Below are positions 9,704-19,920 of a DNA stretch of 64,000 bases, one piece after another. Every line of letters starts with the position of its first letter. Within the stretch, counting starts at the first letter, position 1. The position numbers were made by a program, and so were the translations under genes. The notes under the pieces were generated by a model. That model searched no databases and had not been told where the DNA came from. It saw only the letters and a program-made list of their open reading frames with translations. The stretch comes from Planctomycetota bacterium (GTDB taxonomy: Bacteria > Planctomycetota > UBA1135 > UBA2386). The stretch lies in NCBI GenBank assembly GCA_046290465.1, contig JBKAGP010000001.1, positions 4,128,001 through 4,192,000 of the forward strand, given 5' to 3'.

Positions 9704-10272
9704 CAGAACGAGACCTTGACCGCCTTGCGCTCTTCCTGCGACTCGACCTCAAAGAACTCACCCTGCTTGAAGTTGAACATGCCCGCGATGATGTTCGCCG
9801 GGAACTGCTCGATGCCGTTGTTCATCTTCATCACGGCGTCGTTGTAGGCCTGGCGCGCGAAGCCGATCCGGTTCTCGGTCGAGGTCAGCTCCTCCTGCAG
9901 GCTCAACATGTTCTGGTTGGCCTTCAGGTCCGGGTAGCCCTCGGCGACGGCGAACAGGCGACCCAGCGACTGGGTCAGCGCGCCGTCGGCCTTCATCAGT
10001 TCGCCGATGTTGCCCGCATTGCGGAAGTCGACCGCCTGCTGACGCGCCTTGATGACGTTCTCGAGGGTCTCCTTCTCGTGCTTCATGTAGCCCTTGACCG
10101 TCTCGACCAGGTTCGGGATCAGGTCGTAGCGACGCTTGAGCTGCACGTCGATCTGGCTCCACGAGTTCTTGGCCTCGTTGCGCCGGCTGACGAGCCCGTT
10201 GTAGACGCCCATGGCCCACATGCCGAGGATGAGGACGAGCGCGAGAGGGATGATCCAGACCAGGTGTTCCAA
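9703..10272 (-). CDS. lemA: LemA family protein
   Basis: YNGLV..WSQIDVQLKRRYDLIPNLVETVKGY..HE, YPDLKANQN, TENRIGFARQAYN, FPANIIA. TTG start after GAGG. Confidence 0.95.
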   Translation of the reverse strand: MEHLVWIIPLALVLILGMWAMGVYNGLVSRRNEAKNSWSQIDVQLKRRYDLIPNLVETVKGYMKHEKETLENVIKARQQAVDFRNAGNIGELMKADGALTQSLGRLFAVAEGYPDLKANQNMLSLQEELTSTENRIGFARQAYNDAVMKMNNGIEQFPANIIAGMFNFKQGEFFEVESQEERKAVKVSF

Positions 10273-10297
10273 GGCAGAACCTCGATAGTTGGGTTGT

Positions 10298-11110
10298 TCA
10301 GGCGTGCCCCGCCGCATTCGGCAGGTCGATCTCGCCCGAGAAGACGGTACGGGCCGGACCCTCGATCGCAAGGGAAGGTCCTTCTCCGATGACGGCCAGC
10401 GTGCCGCCGAGGAGCTGCACCTGCGCGACCGGTCCGTGGATATTCCCGGCGCGCCGCGTGGCCAGGGCCACGACCGCCGCACCCGTTCCACAGGCGAACG
10501 TCTCGCCGCTGCCGCGCTCGAACGTGCGTTGACGGACCCGGTTGCCGCCGAGAACCTGCACGAACTCGACGTTGACGCCGCCGGCGAAGTCCGGGTGTTG
10601 CTGCATCGCCGCGCCGACGACGTGCACCGGCGCCGCGTCGACGTCGGGCACGAACGTCACCGCGTGCGGGTTGCCCGCGTCCCCCGGCACGAACGTCCAG
10701 GTGTCACCGGCGACCTCGACCGACCGCGGCTCGCCGACGGTGACCGCCCCCATGTCGGTCCGGACCAGGCCACCGTCGAGCAGCTCCACCGCGCGCGGCC
10801 CCGCGTCCGTCCGGACCTCGAACGCCCCGCCCGGCGCGTGACCGCAGGCCTCGGCGAACCGCGCCAGGCAGCGCAGGCCGTTGCCGCACATCGCCCCGCG
10901 CGAACCGTCGGCGTTCCACATCAGCATGCGCAGCGCGCCGTCGTCGTCGCGCGCCAGCACGATCAGCCCATCGGCCCCGATGCCGAAGTGCCGGTCCGAC
11001 CAACGCGCCGCCAGCTCGCCGGCGCGTTCGATCGGAAACGCGTGCGCGACGCCATCGACGTAGACGTAGTCGTTGCCGCAGCCCTCCATCTTGGTGAACG
11101 GCAGCTTCAT
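10298..11110 (-). CDS. dapF: Diaminopimelate epimerase
   Basis: FTKMEGCGNDY, GIGADG, NADGS..MCGNGLRC, GNPHAV, ERGSGETFACGTG. Confidence 0.97.
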   Translation of the reverse strand: MKLPFTKMEGCGNDYVYVDGVAHAFPIERAGELAARWSDRHFGIGADGLIVLARDDDGALRMLMWNADGSRGAMCGNGLRCLARFAEACGHAPGGAFEVRTDAGPRAVELLDGGLVRTDMGAVTVGEPRSVEVAGDTWTFVPGDAGNPHAVTFVPDVDAAPVHVVGAAMQQHPDFAGGVNVEFVQVLGGNRVRQRTFERGSGETFACGTGAAVVALATRRAGNIHGPVAQVQLLGGTLAVIGEGPSLAIEGPARTVFSGEIDLPNAAGHA

Positions 11111-12489
11111 CGCAGCTCGTGACGTTCGAACTTGCTCGGCACGTGCACCTCGCCGAAGCCGGCGTTGCGCAGCCGGGTCGCGTAGGCCTCGGCCGGATCG
11201 TCCTCGCCATGCACCACGAATACCTGCTTGCAGCGCTCCTGCAGCGGCCGCGTCGCCGCCATCAGGTCGCGCCAGTCCGCGTGCGCCGAGAAGCCGTGCA
11301 TCGAACGCACCTTGCACTTCACGTCGTAGTGTTCGCCGAAGATCCGCACCGGCGACTGGCCGTCGAGCAGCCGCCGGCCGAGCGTGCCGTGCGCCTGGTA
11401 GCCGACGATCAGCAGACAGTCCTGCTTGCGGCCGATGGTGTGCTTGAGGTGGTGCAGGATGCGGCCCGACTCGACCATGCCCGACGCGCTGATGATGACG
11501 CCTTCCTTCACCTGGTTGAGCGACTTGCTCTGCTCGACGCTGTCGACGTAGGTCACGCCCTCGAAAAACAGCGGGTTGTGCCCTTCCTTCATCAGCTGGC
11601 AGGTCTCCGCGTCGTAGAGATCGGGGTGCTTGCCCATGATCCGCGTCGCGCGGCGGCTCATCGGTGAGTCGACGTAGATCGGCAGCTTCTGCAGCAGGCC
11701 GTCGCGCATCAGCTGGCCGAGGAACAGCACCACCGACTGCGTGCGGCCGACCGAGAACGCCGGGATCAACACGCGACCGCCGTCGTGCTGTTCTTCGGTG
11801 ATGATGCGGCCGAGCTCCGCCATCATGTCGGGTCGCATCTCGTGGATGCGGTCGCCGTAGGTCGACTCGGTGATCAGCGCGTCGCACTCCGGCAGCGGCT
11901 CGGGGTCGCGCAGGATCGGCAGGTTCTTGCGGCCGTGGTCGCCGGTGAACACGACGCGCCGCTGCTGGTGGCCGCTGTCGATGTCCATCACGACGATCGC
12001 CGCGCCGAGGATGTGGCCGGCATCGAGGAACTCGACCCGCATCTCCGGGATCACCTCGAACTGCTGGTGGTATGGCCTGGGCTGAACCAGCCGCAGCGTC
12101 TTCTCGACGTCCTGCTGATCGTAGAGCGGCTCGACGTCGTGGCCGCGCTTGCGTAGGTGCCGCGCGTCCTGCGCCTGGATGTGCGCCGAGTCGAGCAGCA
12201 TCATCTCGAGCATGTCGGCGGTCGCCTCGGTGCAGAAGATCGGCCCGCCGTAGCCGTCCTTGACCAGGCGCGGCAGCGCACCGCAGTGGTCTATGTGCGC
12301 GTGCGACAGCACCAGCGCGTCGACCTCGCCGCCGCCGATCGGCAGGTTGCGGTTGGCCTTGTCGGCAACCTTGCGCGGCCCCTGCACGAGGCCACAGTCG
12401 AGCAGCACCTTCTTGCCGTTGACCTCGACCAGGTGCTTGGACCCGGTCACGTGGCGCGCGGCGCCGAGGAACTGCAGCGCGATGCCCAT
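11107..12489 (-). CDS. MBL-fold beta-CASP ribonuclease (RNA-specificity domain)
   Basis: GAARHVTGS, SHAHIDHCG, AGHILG, ESTYGDR, PAFSVGR, SASGM, FSAHAD, VHGE. Confidence 0.93.
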   Translation of the reverse strand: MGIALQFLGAARHVTGSKHLVEVNGKKVLLDCGLVQGPRKVADKANRNLPIGGGEVDALVLSHAHIDHCGALPRLVKDGYGGPIFCTEATADMLEMMLLDSAHIQAQDARHLRKRGHDVEPLYDQQDVEKTLRLVQPRPYHQQFEVIPEMRVEFLDAGHILGAAIVVMDIDSGHQQRRVVFTGDHGRKNLPILRDPEPLPECDALITESTYGDRIHEMRPDMMAELGRIITEEQHDGGRVLIPAFSVGRTQSVVLFLGQLMRDGLLQKLPIYVDSPMSRRATRIMGKHPDLYDAETCQLMKEGHNPLFFEGVTYVDSVEQSKSLNQVKEGVIISASGMVESGRILHHLKHTIGRKQDCLLIVGYQAHGTLGRRLLDGQSPVRIFGEHYDVKCKVRSMHGFSAHADWRDLMAATRPLQERCKQVFVVHGEDDPAEAYATRLRNAGFGEVHVPSKFERHELR

Positions 12490-12491
12490 CG

Positions 12492-12788
12492 CTACGTGCG
12501 CACCGTGACGGTGCGGGACGTCATGGTCAGCGGCAGCAGCAGCGGCTGCAGCAGCATGTCGAAGAACCCGTACTCGGTCTCGACCGTGTAGCTGGTCAGG
12601 CCGTCGGCCATGCGCTGTGCGCTGACGTCGTTGGTCGCGATCAACCCGAACAGCATGTAGTACTGGCGTGCGTGCTGGACCTCGGTGCCGGTCGCGCCGA
12701 GGCCGACGGAGTGTCGGTGATGGACGCAACCGGTGGCGAACAACAGCATCAGACAGGCGGCGGCGCAGAGACGCGCCCGCATCGGCAT
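12492..12788 (-). CDS. Bor/Iss-like small lipoprotein
   Basis: Lipobox FATGC; YMLFGL and C-terminal SRTVTV pattern. Confidence 0.6.
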   Translation of the reverse strand: MPMRARLCAAACLMLLFATGCVHHRHSVGLGATGTEVQHARQYYMLFGLIATNDVSAQRMADGLTSYTVETEYGFFDMLLQPLLLPLTMTSRTVTVRT

Positions 12789-12810
12789 GGGCTTGAGCAC
12801 GCCCCGACTT

Positions 12811-13836
12811 TTACCCCGAAGGCTGCTCGTCTTCCTCGATCAACAGGCCCAGACGACGCTGTTCTTCGGCGAGGCGCTGCCGTTCGGCCTCGCGCGCCTC
12901 GGCGGCGCGACGATCCGCCTCGGCGCGCTGCGCCAACCTCCTGCCGGCCCGTTCTTCCGACTGCAGCCGCCGGATCAGCGCCAGCACCAGCACCGGCAGC
13001 ACGAAGATCATCAGCAGGCTGAACCAGTTGGTGAAGATCGAACGCCACGCCGCGCCCGAGCCGTGCACCACATACCTGCGCCAGGCCTCGTCGAGCTGCA
13101 GCGTCGACCGCCCGGTCTGCGCGACCAGCGCCCGCGCGAACGAGGTGGTCTCGTCGGTGTAGCGCGCGACGCGCATCAGCGCGGGCAGGCCGTATTCGCG
13201 CGTCAGCCACGCGACGTAGGAGTAGCTGTGGCCGTATGCCGTGCGCAGCTGCACGGTCGTCGTCGGGAAGTGGTCCGCCAGCGTGTCGATCGCACGCAGG
13301 CTGCCGCCGGTCACCCGCCAGACCAGGTCCTCCTCGCTCGCACCGAGGTAGGTGTCGCCAGCCAGCATCTGCGCGAGGCCCTCGTGGAACCAGCGCGGCA
13401 CGTGGCGGCCGTTTTCGCCGCAGTACTGGTCGAGCAGCTCGTGCACGAGTTCGTGGCGCACGACGCCGACCATCGACGTGTTGGTGCGCGCGATCGCGTC
13501 GAGCACCAGGTGGATCTGGTGGCGACCCAGCACCGCGAAGCCCGGCGCGTCCTCGTGCACGCCGGCGACCAGCGCCGCCGGCATCGAACTTCGGCTCTGG
13601 TGCACGTGCACGAAGAACCGCTGCACCTCGCGGTCGTCGAACGTCGGCAGCAGCGAAGCCAGCTCGGAGGCGACGTGGTCGCGCACCCGCTGCACCGTGG
13701 CTTCGTCGACATCCCCGGTGCCGGCGACGACTTGCGCGACATCGACCCGAGCCCGCTGCGGCTGCTGCGGTCCCCCGCACCCGGTCCACAACAGGGCGAG
13801 AATCAGCAGCAGCAGCGAGAACCGGGGCAGGAACAC
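12811..13836 (-). CDS. Peptidase MA-like zinc metallohydrolase, lipoprotein signal with C-terminal TM helix
   Basis: LWTGC lipobox; VRHELVH, PRWFHEGLA, AYGHS. Confidence 0.8.
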   Translation of the reverse strand: MFLPRFSLLLLILALLWTGCGGPQQPQRARVDVAQVVAGTGDVDEATVQRVRDHVASELASLLPTFDDREVQRFFVHVHQSRSSMPAALVAGVHEDAPGFAVLGRHQIHLVLDAIARTNTSMVGVVRHELVHELLDQYCGENGRHVPRWFHEGLAQMLAGDTYLGASEEDLVWRVTGGSLRAIDTLADHFPTTTVQLRTAYGHSYSYVAWLTREYGLPALMRVARYTDETTSFARALVAQTGRSTLQLDEAWRRYVVHGSGAAWRSIFTNWFSLLMIFVLPVLVLALIRRLQSEERAGRRLAQRAEADRRAAEAREAERQRLAEEQRRLGLLIEEDEQPSG

Positions 13837-13902
13837 GACGGTCGCGCGTCATAGTCTGTCGCGGACCATCCGCAAAGACCTCACCTACCGTTGGAGAACC
13901 CC

Positions 13903-14268
13903 GTGAAAGCGTCCCTGATGCTCCTCTCGCTGCCGGTCGCAGCCGCCCTCGCGTTCGCTCCGTCGCATTCGACGCCCCAGGATCCGCAGGAGCCGAAGCC
14001 CGAGAACATCTCGGTGATCCCGATCTCGACGCTGCAGTACGTCGACATGCAGGGCAAGCTCACGGCGGTGCCGGCGACCAACGTCGTCGAGATCCGCATG
14101 TTCGACGACCAGTCGGAGAGCGTGCGCCTGGAGCTGCTCTACGAGAACGGCGACTACTCGCTGATCGACGCGCAGGCGATGCACATCCTGCGCAAGAACG
14201 GCGCGACCCGTGACGTGCGGCTGGTCCGCACGCAGCGCTCGACGATGCGGTTCCCGCGGCTGCCGTAG
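13903..14268 (+). CDS. Small exported hypothetical protein
   Basis: GGAG before GTG; signal-peptide-like N-terminus; GC3-biased codons. Confidence 0.65.
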   Translation: MKASLMLLSLPVAAALAFAPSHSTPQDPQEPKPENISVIPISTLQYVDMQGKLTAVPATNVVEIRMFDDQSESVRLELLYENGDYSLIDAQAMHILRKNGATRDVRLVRTQRSTMRFPRLP

Positions 14269-14389
14269 GCGGGATCGCGAGCTGAGACCGATGGCACCGA
14301 CGTGATGGCGCCATCGCCCCGGGGCCTTCACCGATCTCGGCCGTGGTGCCGAAAAACCGAAGGCAGGGATCGAGTCGGCATGCACCCGC

Positions 14390-16039
14390 ATGAACCGACC
14401 GCACCACATCCACAGCCTTCCGAGCACCCACGCGGAATGCGGCGCACTCGCCGTTGCCGCGGAGGACGTGCTGCCGGAGTACGCGCTGTTGCGCCTGCTG
14501 CACGAGTGGCACGTGCGTGGTGAAGACGTCGATCCGGACATCGAGTTCGCGCTGCAGCTGTCGTCGGCGATCGCCGCGAGGCAGTCGCTGGAACCGCCGT
14601 CCGCCGCCGAGCCAACCCCAGAGGACGCAACCGACATGACCGACGAAGTGGACACGAGTCCCGTCGACGAGCCCGAGGTCCGAGCCGACACGATCGACGC
14701 CGACGCGGCCGTGGATCTACCGGACATCGAACTGGACGGAGGGGAACTGGACGGGGGGGAACTGGACGGGGGGGAACTCGACGGGGGGCCCACGGAGACG
14801 AGCCGCGGCGGGCCGGATCTGGGGGTCGAGGAACTGGCCGAACTGCTGGCGGACACGGCGCTGCAGGAGGACGCGGCGGGCGAGTCGGGCGAGACGTTCG
14901 GCGAGGCGGTGACGTTCTCGGATGGCGAGACCGAGTCGGTGGTCGCGGAGGCGTTGGCGGATCCGCCAGAACCGACGGACGAGGTAGCCGAGCACGGCCG
15001 AGCCCAAGACGCCGACGACCAGGACCCGGCATCCGCCGAAACGCCGGCAGAGGCACCGCAGGAAGCCGAAGCGAACGCCGCGGCAGCACTCGCGGACGAA
15101 CCGCAGCAGGATGCCGTGGCGGTCGCCGATCGCGACGAGCCGACCACGACGGACGCATCGCCGACGACCAACGCCGGGGCTGCCGAGCTCGACCCGGAGC
15201 CGGCGCCGCTCGTCGGGGACGACGCAGCCGCGCCCGACGCCGAACCGACGAGCGCCACCGCGGCGGCCGCGGATCCGGTCGAGGTCGCCGACGACGACCC
15301 GGCACCCGTTCTGGAACCCGTCATCGAGGAACTCGGTGCCGAACCGACGTTCGAGCAGGACGCCGCCGAACCGATGGTCGATGCGGAGCCGCAGACGGAG
15401 ATTCCGGCGGCGGGCACGGCCACGACCGAGCCCATTGCGACCGGACCCGGCGCGACCCGGCCCGGCCTGACCCAGCCCGGCCTGACCGACAGCGTCGAGC
15501 ACGTAGACGCAGCGCAGGCTGCGCAGGGCGAGGAGTTCGCGCTGACCAACGGCCAGCTCGATCGCGTGCAGGACTTCCTCGGCGAGCTGAAGGGCGCGCT
15601 GATCGAGATGGCGCAGCGCCCGCAGCCGGCGCCCGCGCCGCAGTCCGACAGCGACATCAAGCCGCTGGTCGAAGCGCTGCAGCAGGGCTTCGACCGTTCG
15701 GCCGAGCAGGCGTCGCAGACCACGGTCGCGCTCGCGTCGCTGACCGAGCACGTCACGCAACTCGGCCAGCACGTCGAGGGCGGCGTCAGCAAGACCCTCG
15801 ACAAGGCGTTCGAACGTGCAGCTGCCCAGCCGGCGACGGCGTTGCCGGCGGCGCCGTCGTTCGTCGATTCGCGCAGCAACCGCCAGACCGTCGTGCTCGG
15901 CGCGGTCGCGATGGTCATCCTCGGCTGGTCGATCCTGTTCTGGATCAAGACCGGTTCGCCGCGGCTCGCGCTCGGCACGTTGGTCGGCGCCAACGCCGTC
16001 GCGTGCTGCATGCTGCTGGCGCGGCGCTGCAGCTCGTAG
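14390..16039 (+). CDS. Acidic low-complexity protein with a coiled-coil and two C-terminal TM helices
   Basis: About 300 aa rich in D/E/A/P/T; TM segments at the C-terminus. Start uncertain (14390 or 14636). Confidence 0.65.
   Translation: MNRPHHIHSLPSTHAECGALAVAAEDVLPEYALLRLLHEWHVRGEDVDPDIEFALQLSSAIAARQSLEPPSAAEPTPEDATDMTDEVDTSPVDEPEVRADTIDADAAVDLPDIELDGGELDGGELDGGELDGGPTETSRGGPDLGVEELAELLADTALQEDAAGESGETFGEAVTFSDGETESVVAEALADPPEPTDEVAEHGRAQDADDQDPASAETPAEAPQEAEANAAAALADEPQQDAVAVADRDEPTTTDASPTTNAGAAELDPEPAPLVGDDAAAPDAEPTSATAAAADPVEVADDDPAPVLEPVIEELGAEPTFEQDAAEPMVDAEPQTEIPAAGTATTEPIATGPGATRPGLTQPGLTDSVEHVDAAQAAQGEEFALTNGQLDRVQDFLGELKGALIEMAQRPQPAPAPQSDSDIKPLVEALQQGFDRSAEQASQTTVALASLTEHVTQLGQHVEGGVSKTLDKAFERAAAQPATALPAAPSFVDSRSNRQTVVLGAVAMVILGWSILFWIKTGSPRLALGTLVGANAVACCMLLARRCSS
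14729..14788 (+). repeat. Coding 15-bp tandem repeat x4 (ELDGG)4
   Basis: GAACT(G/C)GACGG(A/G)GGG x4. Confidence 0.9.
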
Positions 16040-16075
16040 CCGCCCGTTGCGAGGCCCGAACCGGGGGCCTGACGG

Positions 16076-18463
16076 CTACTCGCCGGGACTCGGCGTCAGC
16101 AGGTTGACGAGCATGCGCACCGCTCCGGGATGCAGCTTCTTGAGTTGCCGCCAGAGCGCCAGCGCGCAGTAGACGTATTCGCCGTCGCCGGTGCGCGCAT
16201 AGAGCAGCGCGCCGCGTTCGGTCGGCTGGCCCGGATCGCCGAGCTCGAGCACTTCCTGGTAGTCGCCGGCGTAGACCTCCGGCAGGTAGAGCGCGCGCTC
16301 CTGCGCCCAACCGTCCCAGTCGCTCGGCCGGATCACGTTGGGGTGACGCAACAGGACGTGGTCGGGCAGCAGCACGCGGACCGGCGCGTCGGCACGCGTG
16401 ACGCGACTCTTGCCGACCTCGAACGGCTCGAACGGCGCGCCCTTGAACTGCTCGCCGCTCGGATGGAACTCGACGTCCTTCTGGTAGAAGAGCACCAGCC
16501 GGTGGCCCTCGGTGCGCGCGAAGTCGAGCAGCCGGCCGAAGCCGTAGCGCGCCTCCGGTCGGCCGCGCAGCGCGCGGATGTCGACGACGATCGTGTCGAA
16601 CACCGACAGGTCGGCCGCGGCGATGTCGGCGTCGACCAGCTCGGCCCACTCGATGCCGAGACCGCCGACCCCGAGCACGTTGGGCAGCGTGTTGTCGCGG
16701 CTGCGCAGCACGCCGACCCGCAGCCGTTCGGGCACCTGCACGTCGACCTTGTGCACCGGCAGGTCGACCTTGGTGTCGCCGAGGCGGATGCGCAGCAGGT
16801 CGACGCCGGTGCGGCGTTCGCTCGGCGCCTCGACCACGAACCCGATCAGGTCGCTGCGCTGGTCGCGCAGCACCACGTCGTGCCGGTCGTCGTCGATCGC
16901 GTAGCCGGCCGGCGCGCGCACCTCGAGCTGGCCCTCGACCGGGAACTGCGAGTTGCGCTGCACGCCGACGCTGAACTGCACCGACTTGCGCGCCGACGGC
17001 AGCAGCAGCACGCGCGGCACGACCGACAGCTGCACCGGTGCCAGCTGCTGGACCGGCACGGTGACCTCGACCGGGATCTCGAGGTCGCCGAGCGCCACGA
17101 AGAACCGGATGCGCACCGGCGGCACGAAGCGGTCGGCGTGGAACCGGGCCGTCATCGGGTCCTCGGCGCTGCGCGCGCTCAGCGGGATGCGCACGCGCGC
17201 CACCGCGACCGCGCTGCTCGCCGGCTGCTCGGACTCACCGAGCCGGGTCAGCTCGACGCCGACACCGTCGAGGCCCTCGGCGCGGATCTCGGGCGCGGCG
17301 CCGCGGCCGGTCAGGATGCGGACCGGGCACGAGAACTCCTCGCCCTCGATCGCGACCGTGCCGGGTGGCACCTCGACCTCGATCTGCACGCGCGCCAGCG
17401 TCAGCGCCAGCCGTTCGAGCGCCTCGATGCGCCGCTGCAGGCGGCTGACGACGTCGAGGCCGAGGCCTTCGCGGCGGCGCAGTTCGCGCAGTTCGCGCAG
17501 CACGTGGATCACCTCGTCGACCGGCGGGTCGGCCGAGTGCAGCAGGCGTGGCAGGCGCTCGCTGAAGAAGCGCTCGAGTTCGACGGCCCGCTGGGGGTCG
17601 CCGGGCCAGCGATCGGGATCGAGGACCGACGGCAGGCCCAGCGGCCGCGCGCCGTCGACGGAGACACGCTCAGGCTGCTGCGGCTCGAACCGCAGCACCG
17701 CGCCGAAGACGTCGTCGAGGTGTTGCGGCGGGCCGGGACTGACGTGGGCGCCGCGCAGGATATCGTAGGCGATGCGGCGCAGCGCCTTGCCGCGGTCGCG
17801 GTCGAGGTGGTCGGCGTCGACCAGCAGCGCGTCGGGGCTCACCGTGCTGCCGGCCCCCATCAAGAACACCGGGATCCGGTGCGGTTCGCCGGGCGCGTCG
17901 AACGACGGATCCGCCGCGAGGCGAACCGCCTCCGGCAGCAGTTCGACCAGCGCCAGGTCGTGGCCGTGGCCTTCCTCGGAATGGTGCGTCGTCAACACCG
18001 CGTCGGGCCGGATCGTGCGCAACAGCCGCACGAAGTTGCGCAGCGTCTCGTCGCGACCCCACTCCGCGAACGTCTCGTCGGCCGAGCGGCGGTAGCCGCC
18101 GTCCGGGCAATTGAGGTACCACGCCTCGGCACCGGCGAGCGCACAGCCTGCTTCGGTCTCGAGCGTGCGGATCCGTTCGAACGCGTCGCCGGTCTCGGGA
18201 CCGAGCGTGTTCTGGCCGCCACCACCGCGGGTCGCGAGCAGCGCGGCGACGCGCAGGCCGAACTTCGAGCGCAGCCAGACCGCAGGCAGGATGTAGCGGT
18301 CGTCGGGGTGCGACGCCGCGACCAGCACGAGCGAATCCGCGGCGGCGTCGCGCGCGGCCTGGCGCATCGCGAGCATGCCTGCCGGCGTGCGGCCGCAGGT
18401 GTCCTGCCAGCGTTGGGCCGTCGCCAGCGACGCCAGGCAGAGCCATGCGAACAGCCAGCGCAT
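16076..18463 (-). CDS. PIG-L/LmbE family deacetylase with Ig-like and C-terminal GATase-like domains
   Basis: SHPDD, TRGGGGQN..G, RTLET, IRPD, GHGH, WDGWAQERALY. Signal peptide ATA|QR. Confidence 0.85.
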   Translation of the reverse strand: MRWLFAWLCLASLATAQRWQDTCGRTPAGMLAMRQAARDAAADSLVLVAASHPDDRYILPAVWLRSKFGLRVAALLATRGGGGQNTLGPETGDAFERIRTLETEAGCALAGAEAWYLNCPDGGYRRSADETFAEWGRDETLRNFVRLLRTIRPDAVLTTHHSEEGHGHDLALVELLPEAVRLAADPSFDAPGEPHRIPVFLMGAGSTVSPDALLVDADHLDRDRGKALRRIAYDILRGAHVSPGPPQHLDDVFGAVLRFEPQQPERVSVDGARPLGLPSVLDPDRWPGDPQRAVELERFFSERLPRLLHSADPPVDEVIHVLRELRELRRREGLGLDVVSRLQRRIEALERLALTLARVQIEVEVPPGTVAIEGEEFSCPVRILTGRGAAPEIRAEGLDGVGVELTRLGESEQPASSAVAVARVRIPLSARSAEDPMTARFHADRFVPPVRIRFFVALGDLEIPVEVTVPVQQLAPVQLSVVPRVLLLPSARKSVQFSVGVQRNSQFPVEGQLEVRAPAGYAIDDDRHDVVLRDQRSDLIGFVVEAPSERRTGVDLLRIRLGDTKVDLPVHKVDVQVPERLRVGVLRSRDNTLPNVLGVGGLGIEWAELVDADIAAADLSVFDTIVVDIRALRGRPEARYGFGRLLDFARTEGHRLVLFYQKDVEFHPSGEQFKGAPFEPFEVGKSRVTRADAPVRVLLPDHVLLRHPNVIRPSDWDGWAQERALYLPEVYAGDYQEVLELGDPGQPTERGALLYARTGDGEYVYCALALWRQLKKLHPGAVRMLVNLLTPSPGE

Positions 18464-18470
18464 CGCGCGG

Positions 18471-19211
18471 TCAGACTCCGAGTGAGAGGCGGTTGGCGAG
18501 GACCTCGGGGAGCCCGGCGTCGCGGATCTTCTTCTGCACGTTGTCGATGTCGTAGTGCACGCGACGGATGCTGGCGATCTCGAGGTCGGTGTCGACGAGG
18601 CCATAGGCCGCGCGCGGATCCTCGTCACGCGGCTGGCCGACACTGCCGACGTTCATCAACACACGCTCGAAGCCGCGGTAGCTGATCTCGGCTTCGGAGT
18701 GTGGCACGACGTGGATGTCCCGCGGGTTCTCGTCGCGTCGCAGGTAGATCGCCGGCACGTGCGAGTGGCCGACGAAGCACAGGCGCGTCTTCTGGTGCTC
18801 GAGCGACTCGAGCGCTTCGACGACGCTGATCACGTAGCCGAACTGTTCGGGCATGTGCAGCGTGCCGTGCACGACCGTGAACTCCTCCTTCTCGACGACG
18901 AGCTCGAGCGCGTTGAGGAACTCGTAGTCCGAGGGTCGCAGCTGCGGCGCCGTCCAGTGGATCGCGGCTCGGGCGAAGTTGTTGAAGTACGACGTGTCGA
19001 GTCGTCCAAGCACCGCAGCGTCGTGGTTGCCCAGGCAGGTCACGCAGCCCAGTTCGCGCACCAGGTCGATGCAGGCCGACGGCTCGGGCCCGTAGCCGAC
19101 GATGTCGCCGACCTGCACCCACACGTCGACGTTCTCCCGCTTGAGGGCCTCGACGACCGCGTTCAGCGCATCCAGATTCCCGTGGATGTCGCCAAGAATA
19201 CCTATCTTCAT
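18471..19211 (-). CDS. Metallophosphoesterase (calcineurin-like)
   Basis: GDIHGN, GDIVGYG, GNHD, VHG, GHSH, NVGSVGQPRD. Confidence 0.93.
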   Translation of the reverse strand: MKIGILGDIHGNLDALNAVVEALKRENVDVWVQVGDIVGYGPEPSACIDLVRELGCVTCLGNHDAAVLGRLDTSYFNNFARAAIHWTAPQLRPSDYEFLNALELVVEKEEFTVVHGTLHMPEQFGYVISVVEALESLEHQKTRLCFVGHSHVPAIYLRRDENPRDIHVVPHSEAEISYRGFERVLMNVGSVGQPRDEDPRAAYGLVDTDLEIASIRRVHYDIDNVQKKIRDAGLPEVLANRLSLGV

Positions 19212-19214
19212 TAT

Positions 19215-19799
19215 TTACAGATACTTAGGTTGATCCTCACGACGGCTGACCCAACTCGCGGCAGCGAGCAGGGAGAGGCCAGCCGCCCCCCAGGCGAGCG
19301 CCGTGGCTTCCGAACGGAACGCAGTAGCCAGCATGCTACCCGTCAACAGCGACACAAGCACCACCGAGACCGAAAGCAGACGGCGGGGGAACGAGTCTCC
19401 GAAGCCAACCGCAAGGCAGATCGCCAGCGGGGAATAGGCCGCGAAGAAGTGTGTGGCGTCGAGCAGCCGGCGGCCGATCCCGACCGACCAGGCACCCTGG
19501 TCGAGCAACCAGCAGGAGACCATCAACAGGATCGAGAGGCCGGCGAGCATCGCGAGATTGGTGGCCGCGCCTGCGCGCCGAGGCAGGCGGCGCTCGGCAA
19601 GCAGCAGCACGGCGAGCACCAACAACCCACCCGCCCACACGGCATCATCCAGGATGTGGATGCCAAAGCGCCGCAGCATGCGCGGCTCCTGGGCGCGTGC
19701 CGCCGCCAGCCATCCGAGCATCAGCAGCCACGGGGCCCAGCCAGCCGAACGGATGCGAGCGATCGCGAGGAGCCGGATGATGCGAAGCTGGCACTGCAT
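19215..19799 (-). CDS. Hypothetical integral membrane protein
   Basis: 5-6 hydrophobic segments; stop lies 3 nt before the next start. Confidence 0.55.
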   Translation of the reverse strand: MQCQLRIIRLLAIARIRSAGWAPWLLMLGWLAAARAQEPRMLRRFGIHILDDAVWAGGLLVLAVLLLAERRLPRRAGAATNLAMLAGLSILLMVSCWLLDQGAWSVGIGRRLLDATHFFAAYSPLAICLAVGFGDSFPRRLLSVSVVLVSLLTGSMLATAFRSEATALAWGAAGLSLLAAASWVSRREDQPKYL

Positions 19800-19920
19800 G
19801 CGGTCAAGAACCGGTTATCCTGCGCCGCAAGCTGCAGGACAAGGCCTGGATTCAGAATGGCCGACGCAGCACAATCCGCATCGCAGCTGGGGGTCACCCA
19901 CCTGCTAGGTTAGGGAACTC

